A stretch of 64,000 bases of DNA from a virus: positions 10,221-74,220 of the IMG/VR virus record IMGVR_UViG_2932987669_000002; one strand, written 5' to 3'. This document shows positions 38,485-47,502 of the stretch, piece by piece. Numbering within the stretch: the stretch's first letter is position 1; the number at the start of each line of letters is the position of its first letter. The notes under the pieces were generated by a model, which was not told the DNA's origin, did no database searches, and was given only the letters and a program-made list of their open reading frames with translations. Both the position numbers and the translations under genes were made by a program.

Positions 38485-39348
38485 GTGGAAGAACAAGTCG
38501 TGGACTACCACAGCCAGGAGTTCTTGGAAACCATGGCTGGGTTGATGACCGAAGCGCTGGACACGCCTGGCGGGCTGCAGGCCCTTGCCGCCGCGATCGC
38601 CGCACCGATCGAAAGCGAGATCATGCGCCGGGAGATCAGTAGCCTGTTGCTCACGCGGCATGCGCTGCCCAAGGGCGAACGCGCGGTCTACCAGATCAAA
38701 CCCCAGGTTCGGGCGTATTGGATCAGTAAGCACGGCGACGCCATCGCCCAGGAACTCGGCCAGGATGAAGTCGAACTCCCAATTAACCGGATCCACAGCG
38801 CACCGACGGTCGATGTCTCCGTGCTTCGCCACGGGAACATCGGCACGATTCAGGACATCCAGCAAAGCGCCGCCGACGCGATTCGGACGGAAATAGACCG
38901 CCGCACCATTTCGGTGATCAGCGAAGCGGTTCCCACGTCCAATACGATCGAAGTCACCGGCGGCAAGCTGACCGAGGAAGCCTTGAACGAAGCGATTTCG
39001 ATCATCGAGGACAAGGAACTGTCGGTGAAGCACATCGTGATGCGCGGCCGTCGCTTCAATGACCTGCGTTCGTGGGACCTGGACCCGACGACCAAGGCCG
39101 AGCTGCGCGCCAAGGGCGTCGTCAAGAACTACGGGACCGGGTCCATCCTGCTGACCGCGTCGGCCTCGATGAACGAGGTGCTGATCGTGCCGAACAAGGA
39201 AGTCGGCAAACTTGCCGTGCGTGAACCCCTGAAAACCCAACCGATCGACAAGGCGATGGAGTTCTCAACGGGTTGGTTGGTCTGGTCGGAAATCGGTCAG
39301 GGCGTGACGCGTCCCGACATCATCACCAAGATTCGGATCTTGGATTAA
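38485..39348 (+). CDS. Major capsid protein (HK97-like, inferred)
   Basis: 287 aa, position in the head module, strong RBS. Confidence 0.75.
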   Translation: MEEQVVDYHSQEFLETMAGLMTEALDTPGGLQALAAAIAAPIESEIMRREISSLLLTRHALPKGERAVYQIKPQVRAYWISKHGDAIAQELGQDEVELPINRIHSAPTVDVSVLRHGNIGTIQDIQQSAADAIRTEIDRRTISVISEAVPTSNTIEVTGGKLTEEALNEAISIIEDKELSVKHIVMRGRRFNDLRSWDLDPTTKAELRAKGVVKNYGTGSILLTASASMNEVLIVPNKEVGKLAVREPLKTQPIDKAMEFSTGWLVWSEIGQGVTRPDIITKIRILD

Positions 39349-39362
39349 CGGAGGTGGCCATC

Positions 39363-39698
39363 ATGCGGGTCAAAAACATGCGCCCCAACGTGCTGATCGT
39401 CGCCGATGCCCATGCGCGTCTGAATCCTGGCGAGACGTGCGAATGCTCGGAGACGCCGCAGATCAAAGCGGCCTTGGCCAACGATTTTTTGGTGGCGGTT
39501 GATCCTGTCGACACTTCGAAACCGGAACTTGAAACCCGTCACGAAATCACCTTGATGGGTTGGAGCGACGCGTGTGACGCGGCAGCGGCGTTAACGGATG
39601 TTGGCGAAATCGACCACCTGCTGACCGAGGAAACCCGCCGCACCGTGCAAGACGCGTTGCGGAAACGCAAACGGGAATTGACCGATGCGGGTGGCTGA
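39363..39698 (+). CDS. Hypothetical head-associated protein
   Basis: GGAGG RBS, start MRVKNM; follows the capsid gene. Confidence 0.65.
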   Translation: MRVKNMRPNVLIVADAHARLNPGETCECSETPQIKAALANDFLVAVDPVDTSKPELETRHEITLMGWSDACDAAAALTDVGEIDHLLTEETRRTVQDALRKRKRELTDAGG

Positions 39699-40137
39699 CC
39701 TGATTGTCGACCTGCAAGTGGATCTTGCCGATCCCGATCACGGGCTGTTCACTCAGGCCGCCTCGGAACGCTTCGTGTCCAAGGCGGTCCTTTTTGTGGG
39801 CCGCGATCTTGACAGCACATTCCAAATCGATGCGGGCGCGATCACGCCGGAACCGGACGCCGACACACGCGAATTGTTCCTGATCCTGGCACAGATCCAC
39901 GCTTGCCAATTCATGCGGGCGCGAACGGCGACGGTCATTGACGTGTCGAGCGGCGACAAGAGTGTGGACCGGAGCCGCACGCCGGTCGAATGGGCCAACC
40001 TTGAAAAGGACCTTCGCACGCACTACCAACAACGACTGGCGGCAGCTCGGCCGACACCGTCGTCGCCAGGTGACGATTGCGGGCTGATCACGCCGAACTT
40101 GGCCACGGTCATCTATGAACAGGGGCGAGACCTGTAA
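39685..40137 (+). CDS. Head-tail connector/adaptor
   Basis: Size and synteny; VSSGDKSV beta-hairpin typical of adaptors. Confidence 0.6.
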   Translation: MRVADLIVDLQVDLADPDHGLFTQAASERFVSKAVLFVGRDLDSTFQIDAGAITPEPDADTRELFLILAQIHACQFMRARTATVIDVSSGDKSVDRSRTPVEWANLEKDLRTHYQQRLAAARPTPSSPGDDCGLITPNLATVIYEQGRDL

Positions 40138-40493
40138 TGTGGACAAGCCGGGAAGCGGACGACATCCGCCAAGTCTTCCGAGCAATGATCGAGGCGTGCG
40201 ATACCAGGGCCCGCGTGCTACGACGGGGCGAAGGCGAGCGCCTGTTCGGCCCCGATCCCGACGGCTGGGATGAGGTTGGTGAAGAACCCATCGAGATCAT
40301 TCGCACCCCGCCGATTGACGTCACGAACGCGATTGACGCCAAGGCCAGCACCTTCCCGGATTCGGTCATCCAGGCCGGTGACCGGTTGGAAGTCAGTGGC
40401 CAAACCTATCGGGTCCAGACACGGGTGGAAAAGGACTTGTTCGGCGTCGTGACCCATTGGGAACTGGAATTGGTCGAGATCATCGAAACATGA
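40137..40493 (+). CDS. Head closure/stopper protein
   Basis: Synteny; GDRLEVSGQTYRVQ motif. Confidence 0.6.
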   Translation: MWTSREADDIRQVFRAMIEACDTRARVLRRGEGERLFGPDPDGWDEVGEEPIEIIRTPPIDVTNAIDAKASTFPDSVIQAGDRLEVSGQTYRVQTRVEKDLFGVVTHWELELVEIIET

Positions 40494-40497
40494 GGTT

Positions 40498-40995
40498 GTG
40501 GCAGACATGGGCATGAAACGTACCGGTGACTGGAACGAGTTGAAGCGGAACGTGGGTTCGAATTTTGGTGCACGGCTGGCCGTTGAACTCCGAAAAGCCA
40601 CGACCAAGAACGCAATCATCCTGGTTCGGGCGATCAAAAAGGGCATCATCAGCCAAGCACCTGGCGGCCAAAAGTTTGTCGCATTGTCACCATCGACGAT
40701 CGCCAATAAAGGTTCATCTAAGGCTCTGATCGATGAAGGCTATTTGATCAACGCGATCACGCAAAAGATCATGGGTGATAAGGCCATCGTGGGCTTGATG
40801 CGCGGTGCGACGAACAAGCGAGGCGAAGACCTGGTGAACATCGGTGCGGTTATGGAATTCGGCGCAACGATTCGGATGCCGAACGGCACGCTGATCGTGA
40901 TTCCCGCACGGCCATTTTTGCACCCGGTGTTCGACGAGATGCGAGGGGAAATGGTCGGGAACTATCGAAAGGCCATTCAAAAGGCTGTTGCATGA
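40498..40995 (+). CDS. Neck / virion morphogenesis protein
   Basis: VMEFG...IPARPFL motif (Mu gpG / HK97 gp10-like). Confidence 0.8.
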   Translation: MADMGMKRTGDWNELKRNVGSNFGARLAVELRKATTKNAIILVRAIKKGIISQAPGGQKFVALSPSTIANKGSSKALIDEGYLINAITQKIMGDKAIVGLMRGATNKRGEDLVNIGAVMEFGATIRMPNGTLIVIPARPFLHPVFDEMRGEMVGNYRKAIQKAVA

Positions 40996-41314
40996 TTGAA
41001 TTCACAAACTCAGACAAACCCTTTGCCTTCGAAGAATTTGTTTTATTGATGGAAACCGGCACTTTGAGCTCGCAGTCTTCCTTCTTATCAATGTTGCAGT
41101 TTGCATGCTGCTTGTAGTTACTATCATTCAATGTTTTTAAATACTGTATTGTGAAATATTGAATTAAAATTAAAACATCTTGAATCATCCATTTGATTTG
41201 ATTATCATTCTCTTCTGTGGCCACAAGAGTAATCCCAGTCTAGAAATATAACCGAAGCGATCGGGATGCGGTGCTGTCCTCGCGTATTCCGATCTGCTTT
41301 ACAGGAGAACCAAA

Positions 41315-41530
41315 ATGAAAAACCTTTACCTCTGCCTCGTCGTGGCAGTATCGTTGATGTATGGGTCATTTTCCATGTGGTCTTTTGCGGGAAGCCGCGA
41401 CAACGATCTTCATTGCCAACAAGAATGGATGGATGATATCAATGGCTGTATGGGAGACGGCGGCGAAATAGGCCCGGCCCAAGAACGTTGTCTCCGTGCG
41501 GCTCAAAGAGCCTATGAAGCCTGCATCTAA
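41315..41530 (+). CDS. Small secreted Cys-rich peptide (71 aa)
   Basis: AGGAG RBS, signal peptide, mature part with 4 Cys. Confidence 0.7.
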   Translation: MKNLYLCLVVAVSLMYGSFSMWSFAGSRDNDLHCQQEWMDDINGCMGDGGEIGPAQERCLRAAQRAYEACI

Positions 41531-41560
41531 ACGGAACTCAAAGTAGGATAATTAATCACC

Positions 41561-41590
41561 AGGCCGGAAAGAAGTCATTCTTCCCGGCCT
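41561..41590 (+). terminator. Hairpin between the peptide and beta-propeller genes
   Basis: AGGCCGGAAAGAA-GTCA-TTCTTCCCGGCCT; no U tail. Confidence 0.5.
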
Positions 41591-41605
41591 GAACGGAGAA
41601 GACAC

Positions 41606-42709
41606 ATGTTTTTCATTGCTGTTGCCGTTTTGGCCGTAATTCCCGAGTGGCAAGTTTCCGTTGACTATTACATGCCGCTTTCCTCGAAATCGACCGTCAT
41701 AGACGCTTCTGGTAATATATACACATTAAATGCGCACGAACCCTTTGTTACACAGTACTCAAAAGAGGGGAAGCGTCTGAATAATTTTGTAAAAAAGGGT
41801 GAGGGTCCTGACAGCGCCATGTCGCCAAAGTCTCTGTATTATATTGGTGACCATTTGATTATCAAAGACTCAAAGTATTTCAAAAAATTTTCTACCGACG
41901 GCGTATCCGTTCATGCTGAGCGCTTGAAAAGCCAGAAAGGCTTTTTCGTCACGGAATACCTTTCCCTACCTGTTGTCAACGGATGGGCTTGCATATTGAA
42001 CCCCTTCTATTTAAAGAAAGATACCCCACTTCTCTTCATCGACAATGACGCGCCACCTCTTACCTTGATGACCTTGACAGAATTGCAATCATTTGGCTTT
42101 GACGCCGACGCTTATTCACCGTGCCGACCCTCCTATGGAATGAAAATAGATCGGTCAGGTCGCTTCGTTTACGTCAAGGATGACGACGAATACAAGTTCT
42201 GGGTTTTCGATATGACAACCAAAAAGGCCGTTGGAACGGTGCATCGCGCACTCAAGCCATTGTTTAATCCCGAATGGGGTGAATCGATGTTTCAGAACCA
42301 TATCGAGGAGTCGAAAGAAGATCTCCGAATCATGGGCATTGACCCGAATGCTGCGCACCATACCGAACGTGACTTTCCAACCCATTGTCCGGGCGTTCGA
42401 AGTTGGTTGATTGATCCACACGGGAACTTGATTGTCATGGCCTATTCAGAAAACCCTGCCGTTGACAAACCTGTTCATGGGTACAACACCAAAGGCGAAC
42501 CGATCGAACTCAAATACTCTTGGGAAGCCTACGAGCGGATTCTCGGCTTTCACGGAGAGTTTGCCTACGTGGCGACCTTTGACAATGATGAGGAACAGGC
42601 TGGTATCGCCAAAGTCAAAAAGCAAGATGTGAACGCCTTCGTGGCGAAACATCCAGTGATTTTTAAGATGACCGCCCGGCACTTCTTCGGTGGAAAGTAT
42701 GCCAAATGA
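41606..42709 (+). CDS. Exported 6-bladed beta-propeller (NHL-like) protein
   Basis: IDASGNIY, GEGPD, IDRSGRFVYV, IDPHGNLIV blade motifs. Confidence 0.65.
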   Translation: MFFIAVAVLAVIPEWQVSVDYYMPLSSKSTVIDASGNIYTLNAHEPFVTQYSKEGKRLNNFVKKGEGPDSAMSPKSLYYIGDHLIIKDSKYFKKFSTDGVSVHAERLKSQKGFFVTEYLSLPVVNGWACILNPFYLKKDTPLLFIDNDAPPLTLMTLTELQSFGFDADAYSPCRPSYGMKIDRSGRFVYVKDDDEYKFWVFDMTTKKAVGTVHRALKPLFNPEWGESMFQNHIEESKEDLRIMGIDPNAAHHTERDFPTHCPGVRSWLIDPHGNLIVMAYSENPAVDKPVHGYNTKGEPIELKYSWEAYERILGFHGEFAYVATFDNDEEQAGIAKVKKQDVNAFVAKHPVIFKMTARHFFGGKYAK

Positions 42710-43319
42710 AAAGGTTAGCTTCTCGGGTACACTCCTTCGAATTTATCCGGTACTCGCGACCCTTTTGATTTTGTTTCTCGCATACGCAAACAACCAATTG
42801 ATGGCGAGGCTGAAGACCCAAGCAAAGGTACCCGTGCTCATCGAGCAGGAAAGCGCGCCGTCGACCGGGTCAGATTCGGCGCCCGTCACGATTATCGAGT
42901 ACACATCTCTTTCCTGCGTCTACTGTCGTATCGGTTTCCAGAATTTGGACAACCTGATCCGCGAGAAACCCAACGGAATTAGGGTGGTGACCAAGTTTGT
43001 CTCTGAGGAACCGGGCCAACCTCTCGAAACATACCTTTGGAACACACAGTTTGAGGGCACCTTTTGGTCCTCGAGAAGTAAGGTCCACGCCCTTTCTCAT
43101 AGCCCATCCGAGCTTGCAACATTCATCGCCCAACTTGACCCGGAAATGCGCCCCTTGGATCCGATCGCCTGGAAAAGATACCGATCCCATGTAGATCGAG
43201 AGGTGGAAGAACTAGAGATTAAAAGATTTCCGACCTATTTCGTCGACGGCATCAGGGTCGAGGGAAGTGACCTTGACCCCATGCTTGTGGCTATAGAAAA
43301 GGTAACAGCCACTGATTGA
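42690..43319 (+). CDS. Membrane-anchored DsbA/thioredoxin-like protein
   Basis: TM helix, G...APVTIIEYTSLSCVYC (CxxC), cis-Pro FPTYFVDG. Confidence 0.85.
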   Translation: MESMPNEKVSFSGTLLRIYPVLATLLILFLAYANNQLMARLKTQAKVPVLIEQESAPSTGSDSAPVTIIEYTSLSCVYCRIGFQNLDNLIREKPNGIRVVTKFVSEEPGQPLETYLWNTQFEGTFWSSRSKVHALSHSPSELATFIAQLDPEMRPLDPIAWKRYRSHVDREVEELEIKRFPTYFVDGIRVEGSDLDPMLVAIEKVTATD

Positions 43320-43363
43320 AGTCGCTCTAGGCCACATCCCTTCCGTTTCTCTTGCTCGTAATC

Positions 43364-43398
43364 AAACGCCGTCAGGCCCAGTGCTGCCGGCGTTTTTT
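43364..43398 (+). terminator. Rho-independent terminator ending the moron
   Basis: AAACGCCG...CGGCGTTTTTT. Confidence 0.6.
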
Positions 43399-43423
43399 AT
43401 CGAGCATTGCGTTTTGATGCTTC

Positions 43424-43461
43424 GACACTTGGCTCGCCATCCCGGTAGGTAGAAAAGGAAG
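43424..43461 (+). promoter_or_regulatory. Bipartite motif copy 6 (GACAC-N13-CCGGTAGGTAG-AAAAGGAAG)
   Basis: Exact spacing; directly before the tail module. Confidence 0.75.
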
Positions 43462-44057
43462 TGCCCCACATTGGAGTCGCCGCCTTGGATACCCTACTTC
43501 TGACCATCGAATCGCTGATCAGGCTTTGTCAGGCAGACATCGACGGCAATACAATCTTGGTGCCCAAGGACGACCCATTCGAAGTCAAGCGCCTGCCTTC
43601 GGTGATTCTGCAAGGTCCCGTCCTTGAGGAACACAAGCGGCGTCGCACGATGGCCACCTTCATTAACCGCGACCTGCCAAACCTCACGTACACCGAAGGC
43701 CGTTTCCCGCGCTTGTATCACCTGGTGTTCGACCTGATCGTGACCACGCGAACCGAACGAGAATTGATCCAATTCCACGAGGTCGTCGCCCGGTTTTTCG
43801 CGCGCCATCCGCAATTGCAGGTTGCCGACCGCGGCACGTTGACGCTCACCGTCGACAAGCCGCTCGGTTCGGTCGCACGCGTGAATCTGTCGAATTTGCG
43901 CCAGGCGTCCGGTCAGTTCCGGGTGGAGGACTGCCCGATATTCGACGGGGCACTTCAAACCGGCAAGCTCATTCGTGATCGCATGGTCGCGTTTGAGGGC
44001 TGCCAACACGAAACCATCACGATTCATCCCGACCAAGAGGTGTCACTGTGCCCCTGA
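43461..44057 (+). CDS. Putative tail terminator/completion protein
   Basis: Synteny before the sheath gene; 198 aa. Confidence 0.55.
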   Translation: MPHIGVAALDTLLLTIESLIRLCQADIDGNTILVPKDDPFEVKRLPSVILQGPVLEEHKRRRTMATFINRDLPNLTYTEGRFPRLYHLVFDLIVTTRTERELIQFHEVVARFFARHPQLQVADRGTLTLTVDKPLGSVARVNLSNLRQASGQFRVEDCPIFDGALQTGKLIRDRMVAFEGCQHETITIHPDQEVSLCP

Positions 44058-44311
44058 TTCGAAACCTACTGTTTCAGCCCATCACTCTGAACACGACCGG
44101 AGATCATGACGCGGTCCACTTGGGAAGCCGAAAGGTGCTGTCGGTTCCTGCCGACCAGATTTCACCCGAAATCGTCCTGGCCGCGCACCGGGGGTTCATC
44201 AAGATCCTGCCCGATTTGAAGGAACGTCAAACGCCATCCGCTTCCCAAACCGGATCCGGCAGGACCGCACCGAAACCGCGTCGCCGCACCAAGCGGTCGA
44301 GCAACCGATAG
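44048..44311 (+). CDS. Hypothetical protein
   Basis: Overlapping, coupled ORF before the sheath gene. Confidence 0.55.
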   Translation: MPLIRNLLFQPITLNTTGDHDAVHLGSRKVLSVPADQISPEIVLAAHRGFIKILPDLKERQTPSASQTGSGRTAPKPRRRTKRSSNR

Positions 44312-44320
44312 GGAGGCGAC

Positions 44321-46174
44321 ATGACGGCTTATCTCAGTCCTGGTGTCTACACCAAGGAAACCGACTTTTCTTATTACGTCCGGCAAATCTCCACATCCAC
44401 GGCTGGCATGGTCGGCGTCGCCGAACGTGGACCGATCAACCAACCGCAACTGGTCACGAGTTGGGAACAGTACACCAACCGCTTTGGTGGGTATACGGCC
44501 AACGGGTATTTGGCCTATGCAGCCCGGTCGTTTTTCGACAATGGCGGCCGCAATCTCTTCGTCAACCGAATCGCGCACCTATCCGATCCCACCAACCGGG
44601 CATCCGTAACCGCCAGGCGGGCGACAACGACCTTGCGTGACCGTCGGCAGGTCGCCGCCTCCTTGACAACCGGAACCGCCGGCAACGACGAGATCACATG
44701 GACGGCAACGGTTGCAGGGGCGGCCGGGAATGCGATCACCATTGAAGTACTGGCGACTGGCAACGATTCACCTCTGACCGTCGATGTGGCCGACAATGCC
44801 GTCACGATCCGACTTGCCACCGACAGCGGCGGCATTCCGATCACGACGGTCGCCGAGTTGCGCGCGGCCCTGGCCGTTCAGGCATCGGCAGTGATATTGG
44901 CCGAATCCGAAGATTCGGGCGTTGTTGCCCCGTTCGCAGTCGCCTCCCTTGCCGGAGGAAGCGGCGCGGGCGACACCCTCACCGTATCCGCTGCCAGCGA
45001 AGGCTCCTGGGGTGATTACTTGGAAGTGATCGCGTCTGAATCAGGTCGGGGGACCGGCACCTACGATCTGGCTGTTCGGTATCGCGGCCAACAAGTTGAG
45101 GTGTTCCGCGACCTGTCGATGGACGAAAACGCCCCCAACCATTGCGAGCTGGCCGTCAACGGCGTGTCGGCATTCATTGTGGTAGAAGACCTCAATCCCG
45201 GTTCGAATTCGACCGACGACCAACCGCAGGTGGGCGCCTCACCGCTTGCCAGTGGCGACGACGGCCTGACCGGCCTTTCCGATCAGGACTACATCGGCGA
45301 CCCCTCCCAGCACACCGGCCTGTATGCCTTCCAGGAACGAGACGCGTTGAATATGCTGGCGGTGCCCGGCGTGTCGTCCTCGGCAGTGATCGCCGCGGGT
45401 GCCGCCCTGGCAGAATCCCGAAGAGACCTGATGTTCCTGGTGGACCCGCCCATGTTGCTCGAGCCCCTCGAGGTCATCGACTTTCGCAAGGGTGAGGGCC
45501 TTTACAGCCACGCCCCCATTCAATCGTCCTACGCGGCGATGTACTATCCCTGGCTCAAGATCTCCGATCCGGTGACCGGCCGTGATCGACTTATTCCGCC
45601 GAGTGGTGCGGTGGCGGGTTGCTACGCCCGATCCGATCTGTCCGCCTACGTCTGGCGTGCCCCTGCCGGGATTGCGCGCGGCCGAGTCTTCAACGTTCTC
45701 GGCGTCGGTTACCGGCTTTCCCAGGGCGAGATGGACGCCCTCTATCCCGAGGGTATCAACCCGATTGCCGTCTTCGACGATTCGGGTGTCACGGTGTGGG
45801 GTCAACGAACCCTTTGGGGCCAATCCACCGCGCTCGATCGCGTCAACGTGCGACGCCTCATGATCTACCTAGAAGAAGCCATTTCCAAGTCATCGCGGTT
45901 CGTGGTTTTCGAGCCTAACAACGAGCAGACTTGGCGCGCCATCAAACGCACGCTGAACCCCTTCCTTCGTGAGGTGCAGGACAAGGGCGGCTTGGCGGCT
46001 TATCGCGTCCAGTGCGACGAAGACACCAATCCGCCAGCCGTGATCGATCGCAACGAAATCGGCGTCCGCATCTTCGTCACGCCGGTCAAGGCCGCCGAAA
46101 TGGTGGAACTGAATTTCACGCTGACACCTACCGGCGCCAACTTCCAAGAAATCTACACCGGCAACCGCCGATAA
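44321..46174 (+). CDS. Contractile tail sheath protein
   Basis: YLSPGVYTKE N-terminus; YYPWL..PPSGAVAG..AR; VWGQRTL; RVNVRRL; FEPN. Confidence 0.95.
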   Translation: MTAYLSPGVYTKETDFSYYVRQISTSTAGMVGVAERGPINQPQLVTSWEQYTNRFGGYTANGYLAYAARSFFDNGGRNLFVNRIAHLSDPTNRASVTARRATTTLRDRRQVAASLTTGTAGNDEITWTATVAGAAGNAITIEVLATGNDSPLTVDVADNAVTIRLATDSGGIPITTVAELRAALAVQASAVILAESEDSGVVAPFAVASLAGGSGAGDTLTVSAASEGSWGDYLEVIASESGRGTGTYDLAVRYRGQQVEVFRDLSMDENAPNHCELAVNGVSAFIVVEDLNPGSNSTDDQPQVGASPLASGDDGLTGLSDQDYIGDPSQHTGLYAFQERDALNMLAVPGVSSSAVIAAGAALAESRRDLMFLVDPPMLLEPLEVIDFRKGEGLYSHAPIQSSYAAMYYPWLKISDPVTGRDRLIPPSGAVAGCYARSDLSAYVWRAPAGIARGRVFNVLGVGYRLSQGEMDALYPEGINPIAVFDDSGVTVWGQRTLWGQSTALDRVNVRRLMIYLEEAISKSSRFVVFEPNNEQTWRAIKRTLNPFLREVQDKGGLAAYRVQCDEDTNPPAVIDRNEIGVRIFVTPVKAAEMVELNFTLTPTGANFQEIYTGNRR

Positions 46175-46205
46175 CCTGCGCCGCGCGCGCCTGTGAGGTG
46201 AACCT

Positions 46206-46667
46206 GTGAAGCCTGGCAACATGCCCAAAGGTCTCTATCAACGTTGGCAATTCGCGGTCGAAATCAATGGTTTCGACGTGGCGTTGTTCAGCAAGTCCAA
46301 TCTCCCCAAAACCGAATTCGAGGAAGTCACCTTCAACCCCGCGGGCAGCATGTTCCCCCAAAAGCTTGCTGGACGCGTCAAATTCGACGACATCACCCTC
46401 GAAAAAGGCGTGCTCCAGGACGGGAGCGAACAGGCTGCGCGCGATTGGATCACCGCGATTGTCGACGTCAACGCGGGTAACGGCGCCTTGCCGTCAGACT
46501 ACATGCGCCAGGTGGAATTGGTCCAGTACGACCGGAGCGGGAGCGAGACTCGACGGTGGACCTTGCACGGCGCCTGGATCAAGGCCTTGGAATACGACGA
46601 GTTGGAAGGCGGCAGCTCGGAAAACCTGATTGAGAAACTGACCCTTTGCTATCAATACTGGGAATAA
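46206..46667 (+). CDS. Tail tube protein (T4 gp19-like)
   Basis: GRVKFDDITLEKG, W.LHGAWIK, IEKLTL.Y. Confidence 0.9.
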   Translation: MKPGNMPKGLYQRWQFAVEINGFDVALFSKSNLPKTEFEEVTFNPAGSMFPQKLAGRVKFDDITLEKGVLQDGSEQAARDWITAIVDVNAGNGALPSDYMRQVELVQYDRSGSETRRWTLHGAWIKALEYDELEGGSSENLIEKLTLCYQYWE

Positions 46668-46681
46668 CCGGATAGATAGGA

Positions 46682-47362
46682 GTGACTTGCATGTATACCG
46701 TCATCTTGCCGAGCGGCACCGAGGCCGAGATTCGCGAATTGACCGGTCGCGAGGAAGAACTTTTGACCAACGAACGGCTGGTCCGGAAAGGCGAGGCCAT
46801 CAACAAGGTGTTCGAGAACTGCGTACTTCGGATCGGGGAGAAGACCGACATCACCGCTACGGACGTGCTCGATTTGCTGGCCGGTGATCGGCTGGCGCTC
46901 TTAATCGAGTTGCGCAAGGTCTCGTTGGGTTCCGACCTCGATCTCAATTTGACTTGCACCAACCCGGCCTGCGGTCATGAACAAGTGATCGCCGTCGACC
47001 TGGGACAGCTCCCCGTTCGGCCATATCCGTCAGAGCGTGATTTCTCGGTGGTGTTACCCAGCCAAACCCGAATCACGTTTGGGTTGCTGGACGGCCATGC
47101 CGAAAAGCGACTGGCGGCGATCGCCGAGCCGACGGTTTCCACCGCGCTGATGATGCGGATCCGTACCATCAACGACCAACCACCGACCAAAAAGACGCTG
47201 GCCGATCTTTCGATGCGAGATCGCGTGGCGCTCCGTCGCGAGATGCAAGCGGTTGATGGTGGCGTCGACACATCAATCGACCACGCATGCGAAGCCTGCG
47301 GCACACGGCTGACTACCCGAGTGGAGGTCGAGCCGGATTTTTTGTTCCCGAATCTCCGTTGA
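46682..47362 (+). CDS. Tail assembly chaperone (T4 gp26-like, Cys-containing)
   Basis: Between tube and tape measure; IRELTGREEELL, CTNPAC, CEAC. Confidence 0.7.
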   Translation: MTCMYTVILPSGTEAEIRELTGREEELLTNERLVRKGEAINKVFENCVLRIGEKTDITATDVLDLLAGDRLALLIELRKVSLGSDLDLNLTCTNPACGHEQVIAVDLGQLPVRPYPSERDFSVVLPSQTRITFGLLDGHAEKRLAAIAEPTVSTALMMRIRTINDQPPTKKTLADLSMRDRVALRREMQAVDGGVDTSIDHACEACGTRLTTRVEVEPDFLFPNLR

Positions 47363-47502
47363 CCGCGGACGCGTTCGCGCTGGCCTATGGCGGCCTACAC
47401 TGGCCCTTCTCTGAAGTGGCAGGCCTGACACTTCGGCAGCGCGAGCAATTCGTGGCAGCACTCATGAACCAGCTTGACCTGGAACGGAAGGCGGCGACAT
47501 GA
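47359..47502 (+). CDS. Small chaperone-extension ORF (gpT-like)
   Basis: In the -1 frame relative to 46682; either TTG start overlapping the TGA, or reached by frameshift at TTTTTTG (47338-47344). Confidence 0.55.
   Translation: MTADAFALAYGGLHWPFSEVAGLTLRQREQFVAALMNQLDLERKAAT

Noticed and set aside
40850-41224. Minus-strand 124-aa ORF
   Set aside because: Overlaps the neck gene antisense, no clear RBS or motif. A shorter AT-rich gene cannot be excluded.
46651-46680. Additional promoter-motif copies (CCGGATAGATAG at 46668; also near 35230, 31719, 50783)
   Set aside because: The upstream box is absent or off-register and the downstream box is degenerate, so they were not counted.
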